Part shown: positions 51,223 through 64,000 of the stretch, piece by piece
Layout: each line of letters starts with the position of its first letter
Position numbering within the stretch: the stretch's first letter is position 1
Source of the DNA: Lama guanicoe
Lineage: Eukaryota
Reading direction: 5' to 3'
Assembly (NCBI GenBank): GCA_013239625.1
Contig: MU053379.1
Span: 3,702,866 to 3,766,865 of the forward strand
DNA: 64,000 nucleotides
Made by a program: the position numbers and the translations under genes
The notes under the pieces: generated by a model
What the model saw: only the letters and a program-made list of their open reading frames with translations
What the model was told of the DNA's origin: nothing
Databases searched by the model: none

Positions 51223-52619
51223 GAGGCATCGGCTGCTTCTGAAGGTCGCCTGTGTCATCAGGACTGGAGACAGTGAGAAGGGACATGAGCTCCCGTCTAT
51301 CCTGGTGGGTCCTTCCTCAGGTCTGGTCTTCCTCCAGGCGGCCCGCCCTGCTCACCTAGTGACTTGGCCACCCCAGACGCAGAGCAGTGGCCTCTCTAGA
51401 CTTTCCCACCAGCTCCCACAGCGCCCTCGCACTGGTCCCTGCAATGAACCCCTTATTCCATGTCACTCACGAGCACACGACCCCCCAGTGAAACCTGATG
51501 ACACAGAAACCCTCAAATTCAGAGAGAAGATACTCCTCCCGCCAGGCCACACAGCTCCTTGGGGGGCCTGAGAAAGCGAGCGACATTTGCCTGACTCCTG
51601 TCCCGTGCAGGCCCTGACCCGGCGCTGTCAATGCATTTAGTCTTTACGACAAGTGTTACTACCATTTTATAGCTGAGGCAGCTCAATTTTTCTCCAGGCT
51701 AGTTTTACAAATAATGTATATATGTATTTTTGTGTAAGCTGCTGTCCCAAATTTACTTTTTATGGAGAATCTGATGTGGTAAAAAGATTACTCTGGAGAC
51801 AAATTTCTGAGAGCAGTAAATACCAGAAGCCAAGCCCAAAGCTTCAGCGCCTGTTGAGATCGGGAAAGGCAGCACTGACTTATTTTCACTTGAAGTTCTG
51901 ACTTGGAAAAGAGCCCCACAGGGGTGGTTTTCTTCCTGCTCCGAGGCCAGCGGCTGCCGGCTTCTTTCGCTGAAGCCCGCGGTGGCCCCAAGGTGTGTGA
52001 GATGTGCGGGCTGCAAGGTTCTGCAGCTGCATCGTCATTTCCCAGAACTCAGAAGAGCGCAGCGCTCAGTGTGGTAAACACCACTTCCATGGAAATGAGG
52101 TTTATCCAGGCCATGTATTTGAATTTTCAGCCTGCCCTGCCGTGAAGCAGGCTCATGGGTCGACCAGCTGGCCAGCCGTTTCTTTGTGTTCCGTCTTCCC
52201 CAAGCCTTTCGGTCCTCCAGGCTGGCATTCAAATGCCAGGTCCTGAGCGTGCTTTGCAAGAATCCATTTGAATGCAATTACTAAGCCTCCTTTAGAAGTC
52301 CAGCAGTCCCGTCCATTATAATAATTGATGTCCAGAAACTTGTTAGAGAGAAAGGAATTTAATCAAAGCTAAACGTAATTTATAGGGTAAGCCCGACATA
52401 CACATATTTTCTCTAAACCTTGGTTTGATTGGTTTTCATTTTTGGGATGTGTATTTGACATTTGAAACAATTTTGGCCAATAATGCTTTCATTTGAGGGC
52501 GAGAGTTCTTTGACCTGTGTATAGAAAATGAGGGTGACGCAAGAGGAATTTGGTGCCGGTGGTGACTGCTGAACTTTCGGGATCATTAAAACGTACTGCT
52601 AACGGCATGAAATAAGCAC

Positions 52620-53135
52620 GTTTGACTCAGATTTCTCCTGTGGGATGGCATTGGCTCGTTTCCCAAGAGAGCAGCTTCTCCTTCCCCGAAGACTCTACCT
52701 CCAGCTGGACAGACCGCTTCGGTTATCAGTGGCTGCAGCCGACGCTGCGGGTGCCCCCCCTCACCCCCCGGTGCTTGTCTCTGACCATCTTAGGACTGAC
52801 GTCCTCTCACTGGGAGCCGTCCTTCCTGAGCGGTCCCTGGACTTGCGGGCATGTTGGGCTGGACACAGCCCGGGGAGTTAATGCACCAGGACGCAGCACC
52901 TGGACAGTGACGGCCGGGAGCTGCCCCTCGCGACGGACAACCACGGTCCCTGTGTGCAGTCCCCCATGGCTCCCCAGTGGGATGGAGGCTCAGCTGACCA
53001 CAGAAAGCTTTCATACTTACACCACCCTTTACTGGCTGCCTTCCTTCCCTGCATCACGTCCCCACTCCCCCGGCCCCCTCCCACATCATCTGTGTAGCCT
53101 CAGCGTCTGCTCTGGGGGAGCCCAAGTCAGGGTTG
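52620..53135 (+). mobile_element. ERVL-type LTR (LTR16/33-like) remnant
   Basis: 3' end ttccttccctgcatcac...ctcagcgtctgctctgggggagcccaa resembles LTR16-family termini. Confidence 0.45.
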
Positions 53136-53539
53136 TGACCTTTGTCCCTGGTCCTGCCAGGGCTGCCTTTGTGGGCTCAACCCCAGGAGTCTGGGCTCTT
53201 GTGCTGAGCAGGTGTGCAGATGAGAGCGGGAGGGCCCACCAGCAGAGAGCTGCTGGGAGGAGTGGGACTCGAGGCCGCCCCTGCAGAGGCCAGGCGGAGA
53301 CAGGAATGGGAGGTGGGGTGGGGGGCCGGGCAGCCGGGTGTGGGTTAAGAGGAATAGAACCCTAGTGGCCAAGAGCAGAGGCTTAAAGGGGCCCTGGGAC
53401 ACTGGCCAGCACTCTGTCAAGTTCTTTCTTCCCCCACCTGCTGGAAGAGGTCCCTCATCCTCTCTGTTTCTTCCCCACTGTCTGTGAGCTGACAACTCTT
53501 AAACGAGGAGCCCCACCTCTGCCAAACCCCAGCTGGATT

Positions 53540-53930
53540 TGTACAGCTCTCTTCTCAGTAGCCGACAGCAGCTGTACCCAGGTGCCCTATGGGCACCTCA
53601 AACTCAGCATGTCCTGAGCCCGTAATCCCCCTTCCACCCCACCCCCAAAGCTCCCTTCCTCAGCATCATTTTCTTCAACTAAAAGCAAGCCGCACACTCC
53701 GGGCTGCGGGCTGCTCCTCTCCCATCTCCCATGTCTGACTCCTCATCCAAACCGCTGGACCCCCTCCTCTGATTCTTCCCGAGTCCCTTCCCCGCCCCGC
53801 TGCTTCGGGCCCACATTACCCCTCATTTCAGCTTTCCAACAGTCCCACGACTCCTTGCACCCCCCCACCCATCTCCCCATTCACGCTTCCTTCATTTTGT
53901 AACTGGAACAGCCTTTCTAAATGATGCATG
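53540..53930 (+). mobile_element. L2 LINE fragment
   Basis: gggcacctcaaactcagcatgtcc, followed by pyrimidine-rich L2-like sequence. Confidence 0.55.
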
Positions 53931-55289
53931 TGTTCATGTCACCCCCCTACCCCGCCCCGAAACTTGGAAGGTCCTCCATCATCTACAGGCCACGTTTCAG
54001 TGAGGGCCGGCATGCGAGGGCTTGCTTGCACGCCCTGCGTTCTCTTGTTTCCAGCCTCTTTCCCCGCCCGTCTGTGGGTCTGTGTCCCTGCTGCTCCAGA
54101 CCTGCACTTACGGCATATTCCAAGGCGCGAGGGCACCTCGGGAGGCTCCTGCACGCAAGGGCTTCAGGGAAAGAGCTTGGACAACACTGCCCGCTTTGTC
54201 TGTCCTTGGATCTTCAAAAGGTGCGTCAGCACTTTCCGGACTCAGACGTTCTGAAATAAAGAAATCTGTTCAATTTTGCTTAACTCAGTGACCCCCAACT
54301 TCTCTGGCCGTGGGGCTTCCTTTCCGCCATCACAGAACGGCCGCCCTTGTGCTGGGGGGACCAGTGCTCCTGGGACGCCAGCCACTTTTTCTAACCACAC
54401 CAGACTTGACATCTGAAACACACGTTAAACTCCAGGACTAGAGTTTTGTTTCTTTGTTTTTTCCTCTCCAGCTGCTCCCTTACTCTGAAATGATTTTACC
54501 CCAGTGCCTCTCAAACTCCTAACTCAGCCTTCGGGGTCTAGCTCAGATGCCATGTGCACAGAGCACGCCCCCCTCACCCTGGCCATGCCCATGGCATCCC
54601 TGCCCCTCCCTCTCTCCCGCCCAGGACTTCTAAGTCCCACTGTTATTGGAATGATTTCTTTCTGCCTTGCAGTAAAACTAACTTAAATTCCTGTTCAAAT
54701 TCAAGATCTTTGAAGATAGAAGATTTCATTTTCTTTTCTCAAACGTGACCTGCATTGCTGTGCAACTACGTTGACCCCTAAGAGTCTGTCCATGAGCACG
54801 TTTCTTTCTGAATTGATTCTGCAGCCATTTCAGGATTCCTTGCAAAGTCCATCCAAGCAACAAAGGAGCATGATTTGTTCTTAGTCAGATGTGGTGCGAG
54901 CCCCAGCCAGGTGGCTCGCCAGCTGGGGACCTTGACCTTCTGCAGGGCACCTCTGGGGCCGTGGAAGAATCCGTGAGGGCTCGACAAGCCAGTGTTTGGG
55001 AGAGGGGAGGCACTTAGACTGTACCTGGCGCCCAGCTGGTCTCAGAACCACAGAAACGGGCAGTGTGCCGGGGGTAAGGCCGCTACGGGCACCCTCGGTC
55101 ATGTCCCCACAGCTGCCGTGCGGGACATGCGTTCTTCCTCTCACTTCACAGGTGAGAAGCTGAGGCTGGACGTGAGCCTTCAGTCTGAGGCTCCATCCCC
55201 CGGGGGAAAGCGCCGACTGGTCGACACAGAGACTCAAGGTGGGGGTCCAACAGGGAAGGGGTGTCGGAACCGTGGCGGGGGGGAGGGCG

Positions 55290-55420
55290 TGTGGCTGTCA
55301 CCATCACTTCTGCCCTGCCAGGTCTGGGGCGGAATCACCTTGTTAAAGTCTCAGTTTCCTCATCTGTAAAGTGGGGATAACTGTGGTTTTTTGCCTCACG
55401 AGGTTCTGAGAATTAAAGCA
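55290..55420 (+). mobile_element. MIR SINE
   Basis: tctcagtttcctcatctgtaaagtggggataa...cctcacgaggttctgagaattaaa. Confidence 0.75.
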
Positions 55421-56734
55421 GGGCCAGGCTGGCGTGCAGAGGGGCTGGCGGGAAGTTTGGGGAGCGGGGCTCTGCGGGTGTCCTTGTCACTGTTACAACC
55501 ACCTCATTGTCATCGCCCACGAGGGCGGAAGACTGCCACCTGGTGGTCATGCAAATGGAGGCACCCGCAGGGGTTGTCAGAGATCTTCTCACTAGAGCGG
55601 GAGGGCTTCGCTGGCCCCTGAACTTCCCTTCCCTTGTCCACTGAAAACCAAAGAGCAGGAGGGCCTCCCTCAGGGACCTGGGACAGAGTACCTGGGAAAC
55701 ACGGAGCCCATGACAGTGCAGGAGCAGGTGTGACCGCACGTCTGCCTGTGTGGACGGGGACCCAAGCTGGGGTGCCACTGCCAAGGGCGTGAGGTGGCCC
55801 CGGGGCAGTGTTTCCGGCCGCTCCTCCCCCAACGAAGCCCTGACTGGTCCCCTGCCAGCTGCCGATCCCTTGGTGTCCACCCTTCTCCGGCCCCCCAGGT
55901 ATCTGTGAGTCTCTGGGCAGGGTGCAGCGGCCTCCTCCTGGGCCCTCGGAGGGAGGGAGACCTGGGTGCTCAGCACTCAGGCCACCCCGGCGTCTCAGCC
56001 CACCCGCCCTGTCTCCCTCTCCATCCTCGCGCCTCCTGTGTCCGTCACCTCGGGCCTCTCACAGCCGAGGCTTCAGGGCCCTTGTTCACCCTCGAGCTGG
56101 AATATCCTTTATCTCAATTTCCTCTGATTTAAATCTCTTCCATCCCAAGTGACATCAAGTGCTTCCCTTCCACGAAGGCCTGCCTGCTCAGCCAAGACAA
56201 AAGGCACATCCCCCCCAACCCCCCGGGAAGGCCTCCGTCCGCAATCCGGTCCCCACGGGAGGTTCCTTCACCTTCTGCCGCAGCCGCCAGGTGGTCCCCC
56301 CGCTGTGATGGCTGGACGTCAACACGCTTGTGCTCCCGAGGCTGGGAGCCCTCGTCGCGGTAAGCGGCCGTGGCTATCTGCTTCCAGGCAGGTCTGGGCA
56401 GGAGCTTAGCTTCTGGGACTGTCTCCGCACTGGATATTGAGCCAGGCCCCCAGCCTCTCCCTGTGACTCATGGTTCCTATGATCACTGTTGTGTCATCGG
56501 TGTCGTAGGTTCTCTGATCGCTGAATAACGCAGCTGCAGCCAAACTGAGCTGGTCAGCACATCCATTCGCCCGTCCTCCAGGGCACCCAGCTGGACCTCA
56601 TTTCTCAGCCTCCCTCAGGGTAGTGGGGGCATTTCCCAAAGGAGTGTGAGCAGGAGTGATGCTTCCCGCTTCCGGGCCTGGCCCCCGAGACCTCCAGGGA
56701 AACCCTCCAAGCCCCTTGCCGTCCCTGGAGCAAT

Positions 56735-57256
56735 GATGGAGGCCACGTTTTGAAGATGGGGGTGGTGGCCAGATCCCGTGTTCATGGCCCTGTGCCATCC
56801 TCTGCCACACTGACCACAGTGTTGTGTGTCACCAATAGGACATTTCAGAGGTGGCAGTGTGACTTCCAAGGCTAGGTCATAAAAGCCCTGGGGCTTCTGT
56901 CTTGCCAGCTCCTGGACCTCTCCCTCTAGTGGGAGCCAGCTGTGGTGTCATGAGGACAGGGAGCAGTTTTATGGGGTGTCCGTGCAGTGGAGAGCTGAGA
57001 CCCCCTGTCAGCCCCCACACAAACCCTCAGTCTTGGGAGGGAGCCTTTTTCTATGTGGATCCTGCGGCCCCAGTCCAGTCTTCAGATGACACAGTCCTGG
57101 TCAAAATTTTAACCACAAATTCACGAGACTCTGGGCGGAATCATCCAGCAATACTGCTCTCAAATTTCTTACCCATGGAAACTGATCTTATTTATTGTTG
57201 TTTTAAGCCACTAAGTTTTGGGGTAACCTGTTACACAGCAACAGCTAACTAATAGA
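56735..57256 (+). mobile_element. MLT1F-like MaLR LTR
   Basis: gccccagtccagtcttcagatgacacag...ttattgttgttttaagccactaagttttggggtaacctgttacacagcaacagctaactaata. Confidence 0.85.
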
Positions 57257-57546
57257 GGGGCCTCAAGACGGAAGGGGCTGAATCCCTGAATGCCTTGCTG
57301 GATGGGAGCTTCTGCTGAGATGTGGGGCTTTACCTCTAAGGGGCTTAAACTTTGTTAGCCTCACGATAAACCTGTCTTTGTCAGACCCCAGCCCATATCT
57401 CTGTCTATTCAGGTCCTCCTTTTATGACCATTAGTAAAATTTTATAATTTTCTTTCTGTAGGTGTTGAGTTTTCTTGCTTATTTTTGTTTCTAGACACTT
57501 ATTACTGGTGCTGCCATTGTGGATTGGATTCTTTGTTCTACTTCAT

Positions 57547-57612
57547 TTCCTTTCTTCCTCCCTTCCTTCCTCCCTTTCTTCCTCCCTTCCTTCCTCCCTT
57601 CCTTCCTCCCTT

Positions 57613-57663
<51 letters not shown>
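57547..57663. repeat. (CCTT)n/(CTTT)n polypyrimidine microsatellite
   Basis: Seen directly. Confidence 0.93.
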
Positions 57664-57664
<1 letters not shown>

Positions 57665-59228
57665 ACTTTCGGCTAGCAGTTAGGAACCTAAATGATCTGT
57701 GTGTGTTGATCTTTTTATTCCACGACTCTGCTCAATTCTCACATGGATAAAAAAATTGCCAATTAATTTTGGATTTTCCACATAATCATATCATACACAG
57801 AAAATAACAGTCTTCCTTTCTTTGCCAGCGTCTTTTTCTCTTTTTCTTATTTTTTTGTGTTGGCAAGTTCTTCCAATAGGGTGTGAAATGGCTGGGGTGG
57901 GGGCGGTCAGCCTTGTCCTTCGAGCGAGTCGCCGGTAAGCACGGTGCTTGCTGGGGGTTGCTAGTGAACAGCTGACGTCTAGTTTGCCAAAATTCTTTTT
58001 AAATGAAAATTGTTTTTGAATTGTATCAGCTGCATGATTTCTGAGGGTTTTGTCCTATGCTATTCTGTTTTGCTATCGGTACGAGAAGTTATTCGTCACC
58101 ATTGGTTACTAAAGAAGTTTCGGGTCTCGTCCCAATGTAATCTACACCCGGATGAAATTATACACAGACTTCTAGAATTCAGTGATGGCCCACATGGTGC
58201 AGAAAAGTAGAATTTGAGTGGAACATCGTCTCGTGTGGTGACGAGTGTACTAGTGACATGTCCGTTTATGAGAAACAGACCTGGCAAACAAAGCGCCCCC
58301 ACATCCAGCTCACTGCCCTCCATGGGTCGGAGCTAGGACATCTGTCCCTGAATTGACTGACACACACAATGGAGTTAGTGTGACTTTAAGAAAATTATGG
58401 TTTTTAGTTTAAACCGTGCATTTCATTCCTGTTAGTGCTAAAAGCCCCAGCCCAAGCACTTCCCGCCCCAAACGAAGTGCAACTTTCACTGCTGCCCTCC
58501 TGGTCTGTCTCCTATCACGGCCTCGGGGCTCCGTCGTGCTGAATCAGAGAGGGGCTGGGACAGGCCTTCTGCCTGCAGGCACCTCCCACCGGGCGTCCCT
58601 GGGAGGGGAGGAGACGACACTCACTTTCCTGGCATCGTGTGCAGACTGAAGAGATTTTTAAAAATCCTGTCGTATCATCTAAGTCACCAAACCTCTCCCG
58701 AGAGCCCCAGAACTGGAGCAGCCACACAGTAAATCAGATAAACGCTGGGGTGCCAGTAGGGGAAGCACAAGTCTAAACCCACAGCTCCGTGTGTGTTCTA
58801 TTTAAATAGTTGATTTCTTACCGCTTGTATGTGGAACCTAAAAAAGAGACACAAATGAACCGCTTATTTATAACTCAGATGACAAGTCTCTTGGCTGTGG
58901 TGAGCACGCGTGGCTGTCCTTCGTGGCGGGATCGCTGCATCCTGCCGATTCTTATTTTCTGTTTGGCTTTTTTTTTTTTTTTTGATAATTATATAAGTTT
59001 AAAAAGCGAAAGCTCTGACCTGTTCTTAGGAACAATGACCAGGACATATATGTAAATTTTAAAATGGTTTTTATGTCTCAGTGAGTCAATCTTCCTAGAA
59101 CAAACTTTGTTTAAAAAATAGTGATTTCCTGTGACTGTTTAGAAACTGCCAGTTATTTTTAAAAAATCAAGTAATTTGAAGCCATTTTGAACTATTGACT
59201 TTCCCAAGGCAGGTTTTTTAAGTGATCC

Positions 59229-59375
59229 ATTTATTTATCTAGGGGGTTTTTGGTGGAGGAAGGGGGAGGTAATTACGTTTATTTACCTCTTTATTTTTAG
59301 AGGCGGTGCTGGAGTTGCCCCCAGGACGTCGTGCGCGCTGGGCACACTCGCTGCCCCTGAGCTGTGCCTCCCCCC
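59229..59375 (-). mobile_element. Camelid tRNA-derived SINE (vic-1-like)
   Basis: gggggaggtaattacgtttattt...ttatttttagaggcggtgctggagttgcccccaggacgtcgtgcgcgctgggcacac...cccctgagctgtgcc matches the recalled camelid SINE layout, with degenerate A/B boxes on the minus strand. Confidence 0.7.
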
Positions 59376-60564
59376 GTGCAGGCCCTGCTACCGCGCGTTG
59401 GAAAGACCCCGGCGGCCTGTCGTGTCACTGCGTCCTGCAGCTCCCCTGACTCAGGACCCCTTCGCCATGTTTGGAGCTTCAGCCTCACACCTGCTCTGTC
59501 CTTACTCCTTTAATTCTTGCTTGTTTATATTTTCTGGACAAATAAACTTCTCCAGATAGGCCGCCAAGGACCCCAGTGCACACGGCATCCTGCCTCAGGC
59601 TCTCACAGACGCCCGGGATGCAGACACGGGCGTCACGGCTACTGGCCCTGCGGGGTGGTGGCTGTCGCCACGGACGGGAGGGAATCTGGACATTCCTCTG
59701 ACGGTTGGCCCTTCCCAGCCCCTCCCTGGTTGGGATTTGGTCATCCTGCACCGTCCTGTCAGCCCAAGCCCCCCCGGTCTCCGCTGCCGGTGGACACCCA
59801 ATGTCCAGCACATAGAACTACAACTTCGTGCTAAGAAGGCGAGAAAGCCTCAAAAATCATCAGCCCACCTTTCAAGTAGCTGGATGGAGTTGGACTTAGG
59901 AGGGAACCTCGTGGTTTGCCCGGAGCCCGATCACCGTGCTCAGCTGTGGAACAGGGTCCCCTTAGGGGCAGGTCGTGGCTAGTCAGGCAAAGTAGGTGGT
60001 CAAGAACATTCTAAACTCAAGAAGGCCAGAAATATGGTCAGCTCCCGGTGGATGCGAAGGTGTGGAAGGCTGGTCCTGGAGCTCCTCCAGGGCGCGTGTC
60101 CTGGCCGTGATGAAACCTGGTGGCAGAGCAGGTGGGGTTAGACCCAGGAGGTCCTGCTGAGCCCCTTAAATCGGAGGCTGCCTCTCCCACGCGGGAGGAG
60201 GGTGCTGAAGACGGCCTGCCGGACCCGCCCCCGTCCCGCCCGTCCGCGGTCCTGCCCACAGGTCCCGTCCCACTGGCCAGCCTGCCCTTCTAGAATCTCA
60301 GATTCAGCTACCAAAGCCCCTCAGTTCTCTCCCTCCAGACCCCCACTGCGTCCCCCTACCTTATGCCACCTCCTTCCAGCAGTCTCTCTCCATTCCCACC
60401 AAATCCCAGGCGGCCACCAGCATCACCTTCCTGCCCTGGCTCCCTGTTGCCTACCAACTTCTGGATGCCCCACCAGCCTTCTTCACGCATCCTTAACCTG
60501 ACACACTGACTGAATTTCTCTCTCTCCCTTCCTTCCTTCCCTCCTTTCCTTTTTGCCAGGCGAC

Positions 60565-61300
60565 TGTTTGAAGCACAGTTGGTTTACGATGCTGTGTGGT
60601 CTCCGGTGTGCAGCACAGTGACCCGGCGTTTTTGCAGATGATGTCGCCGTGGGGGTTACCGGAAGACAGCAAGTGCAGTTCCTGTGCTGGACAGTGAGTC
60701 CCTGCTGCTCACCTCTTTCACATGGAGTGGCTTGTGTCTCTTAATCCCTTATTCATGGCTTGCTCTCCACCCTCTTCCCGCTTTGGTAACCACAAGTATG
60801 TTTCTATGTCTGTGAGTGTTTCTGTTTTGCTATATGCATTCATTTGTGTAATTTTTTAGAGTCCATATGTAAGTGGTCTCATACAGAACCTGCCTTTCCC
60901 TGGCGGACACTTCACTAAGCACAGTGCTATCCGGGTCCACCCGTGTGGCTGCGAGGGGCGGGGTTCCGTTCTTCCCTGTGGCTGAGCGGCGTTGCAGTGC
61001 ACGGGCACACAGCGCACCTTCTTAGCCAGTCCTCTGCAGACGGACACTCAGGTGGCTTCCATGCCTTGGCTGCAGTAAACGGTGCTGCTGTGAGCACGAG
61101 TGCACGTGTCTTTTCGAATCAGCGTTTTCATTTTTTCCAGATGTAGCCCCGAGAGTGCAATTGCTGGGTCATACGGCCGTTCTATTTTGAGTGTTTTGGG
61201 GAACCTTTGTACTGTCCTCCACAGAGGCCGCACCAGGCTACAGTCCCCCCAGCAGTGGATTAGGTCCCCTTCCTCCGCACCCTCCCCAGCTCATCTTTAT
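60565..61300 (-). mobile_element. L1 3' fragment (GC-shifted)
   Basis: Minus-strand translation PLWRTVQRFPKTLKIERPYDPAIALSGL; colinear with the copies at 44500-45230 and 50875-51222. Confidence 0.9.
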
Positions 61301-62074
61301 TCTCTGAGGAGTCTGCACTCTGATGCCCCTGGACCTCTGTGAGTGCAGCTCTCTGTGCCTGGAGCGCTCCCCTCTTCCTCATTTTCAGAGACCACAGACT
61401 TCACGTGCGTCAAGACGTCCACTTGCTGCTCCCTTCCGTGCGATGCCTCCTCCGAGGCCGTCAGCTGGGGATCATCGATGTCCTTTCCTCATTCTAAGCT
61501 GGCCACGAGGTGTCTGTTGGAGCCGTGTGTGATTTATCTTCTTCCTTCAGACAGACGACATTTTGATTCCCCGTGCCTCGGTATTCCAGACACAAGCTTG
61601 CATTCACACACTTAAAAGAAAATTCTAAGCCCTTCCTTGTTTGTTCCTGCTTTTGATGCCACCTAGAAGCTCCCTTTGGGAGATACATGTTCCCCCGGGT
61701 GGCGCTATGGCGGCCTAATGAGACTCAGACTTTCCCCTTCTTGGAATTACCACGTCATCCCAAGATGAGGAGGGTCTGGACCTTAGGTCGCTTTGCTTGG
61801 TCCCAGAGCAGCCCTTCCTGGCTGCAGATCCTAGGGCCATTTGACTTTCTTATAATTATGGGAAAATCGTAGTATGATTCTGTCATCAAAATTATGAGAG
61901 GAACAAGACACTATTTTTGGTTTATCATAAAACCCGGTTGGTTCTGCATTGATCTATATCTAGTTGCTCATGCAAATTGATCCTATTTTAAGACTATTAA
62001 CTTATTTTTCCTTAATTCAATTCATTTCTAGAGAACGATTAGGCCTATCCATTAGCTGATAAGATAAGAAAAAC

Positions 62075-62290
62075 CTCTTTTCCTTGTGGAAATATTAAAA
62101 CACATATGAAAATAGAGACAGCAGGACAGTGAACCCCCGCACAGCCATCAGGCAGCTTTATCACGCGTCCCCCGGGCTATTTTGAGCTAATCTCAGATAC
62201 CTTTTCATCTGTAAATATTTTGCCATGTTTTTCTAATCCATAAGAAAACTTAAAAAAAAACCCACAATACCAAACTCAGGTACATTAATA
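62075..62290 (-). mobile_element. Old L1MC/ME-like 3' fragment
   Basis: gaaatattaaaacacatatgaaaatagagac...gaaccccc...ctattttgagctaatctcagatac...tcatctgtaaatattt. Confidence 0.5.
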
Positions 62291-64000
62291 GGTTCTTATT
62301 CTTAGAGGTGAGCTCCTTGCGAGATGAGGCTGCGACGCCCTCGTCGGGAACGTGCCTGCTATTCCCAGACTCCTGCCCACAGAAGGCCCCCAGCTCCTTG
62401 CGGGCGGCGGGCCACTCAGCTGAGTGACGCTCGGGTCGCGGCTGGCCGGGTTACCAGCCAGCCCTGCAGAAGCCGGCCGGGCCTTGTTGGTTTCTGACTC
62501 GTCTCTGACAGACGGCCAGCACTCCGCCATTCCCGGACAGTCTCCCAACACAAGGCAGCAGTGAAGGGACCCAACTTTGAGGTTAGATTGGCGGGGACCT
62601 CGACCTGCCAACACCAGCTCCAGCTGTTTACCTTTTCCAGGCCCAGTTTTCTCGCTGGAAGAACGGAGCTCACATTCACGTACGTCTGCCTCGCAGGGCT
62701 CTGTGTGGACCACGTGAGGCAGAGAAACACAAGGCAGCGCTGGGGACCCAGTGAGGGCTCTGTAAATATTCTCTGCTCTGGTTTTCATGCCTGCAAAGTC
62801 CTAATTTCCTCCTTTTTCAATTTAAAGGCTGGAAGAAGATTGAGAATGACAACAGGCAAATCATAAAATGACACGGGACCGTTTAGAAAAGTGGGAGGTA
62901 TTTATGTCTGAAGTCAGCGCTGTACAAACATCCATGCGAGCCAGCGACCTTGTATGTTCTCCAAGCATTTCGCGGAAGCACAGGGGATCCTGCTGGGACG
63001 TGGTCTCGCCAAAGCCCCTTGAGTCCCAGGACGGTTTTTGCTAAAGCTCTTTTCTCTGTGGCCCCAGACGCGCTCCGCCAGAAAGCTGCCTCCGAGTAAT
63101 CTCTCTGATCAGGCCACCGAGTGTCACCCCAGAGAAACGGCACCCAGAGCGGAGCCTCCAACTCGCAGCAGCTCTCCTTGTGTCTCTGGCTCCGACCAGA
63201 GAAGCTTTCATTGCGAACGTGGGAGGAAGGCAGAGCTCTGCAGAAACCACACTTGAGTCCGCGGCAGGGTGGAAGGGGCAGCAGCCATCGGGCCCGTTTC
63301 CAGATTTCCCTCTGGCCCGGATCATCTGGATTTACATTCAACCACTGGGACAGTTCATCCAAAAGCTGTTAAGACGACTTGGGTTTCACACAGAGCTATA
63401 AAAACACTGTCCGAGGCCTGATGGCTGTATTTCCCATGGAGCCTTGTTGTGGGGGGGGGTGCGGCACACTTGCATCCCAGTCGTGGAGCTGTGGGGGGCC
63501 CTGATGGAAAAATACCCAAGTCTTTCCACCACGAGAGGAGAGTGACCAAGGACAGCCCCCTCCTCCCCCCACATTCACCCAAAAGTTCTTCTGCCGTCGA
63601 GTCACCAGTAGGTTCTCAATGTGAGAGATAAGGAACAATCTCTCTTCAAATGCGGGCAGAACCCTTCTGTTCACAGGAGACACCAGGTGAAGCCCGTTGA
63701 TAAAGCCACGGATGGAGCTGAGGACATGGCAGGCTCCTTCCATCAGAGACCAAGCAATTCCTGCCATCCTCAGCTTCTGGCCAGGGGATCGGTCAGACGC
63801 CAGCTACATGACGCTGTGCAACACACCTTACTGAGGTCGCGGCAACCTGAACAAAAAGGATGAGTTTCTTCTTCATCGTGGGACCGCAGGTCTGTGAGAG
63901 GAGCTCGGCTTTGAGCCGGTGGGCTCAGGTGCCTCCGTCTGCCTCTGTCCTGGGACCGGGGCTGCCCCAGGGCACAGTCCCCTCCCGGTTGCTGTGGAAG

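Noticed and set aside
49042..53365. 256-aa (49042-49812) and 247-aa (52622-53365) ORFs
   Set aside because: They overlap LTR remnants or GC-rich patches and show no domain similarity or exon structure.
59290..59375. tRNA-like A/B boxes as a tRNA gene
   Set aside because: Degenerate boxes attached to a SINE body and tail; no intact cloverleaf.

Overview
Mammalian genomic DNA, most likely camelid (camel/alpaca/llama), judged from a camelid-type tRNA-derived SINE and camelid-like L1 3' ends recognised from memory. The only protein-coding gene I can support is PAX1 on the + strand. Its five coding exons (13750-13753, 14174-14803, 16279-16421, 16914-17136, 21854-21945) total 1092 nt and encode 363 aa, with a paired domain, an HSVSNILG octapeptide and no homeodomain. 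The gene sits in a series of CpG islands. The rest of the window is non-coding flank with L1, L2, MIR, MaLR/ERVL LTR and hAT remnants. Main observations: (1) the upstream 'MKFTLGLG' ATG is out of frame with the paired-box ATG, so it reads as an overlapping uORF that a tandem splice acceptor could return to frame; (2) intron 4 holds a dense MEIS/posterior-HOX/PBX-HOX motif cluster; (3) a near-consensus CTCF site lies just downstream of the gene; (4) repeat copies near 59-61 kb show a strong AT-to-GC substitution bias, suggesting GC-biased gene conversion. I found no new protein-coding system. Repeat boundaries and subfamily names are approximate, from recalled consensus sequences, and no searches were run.
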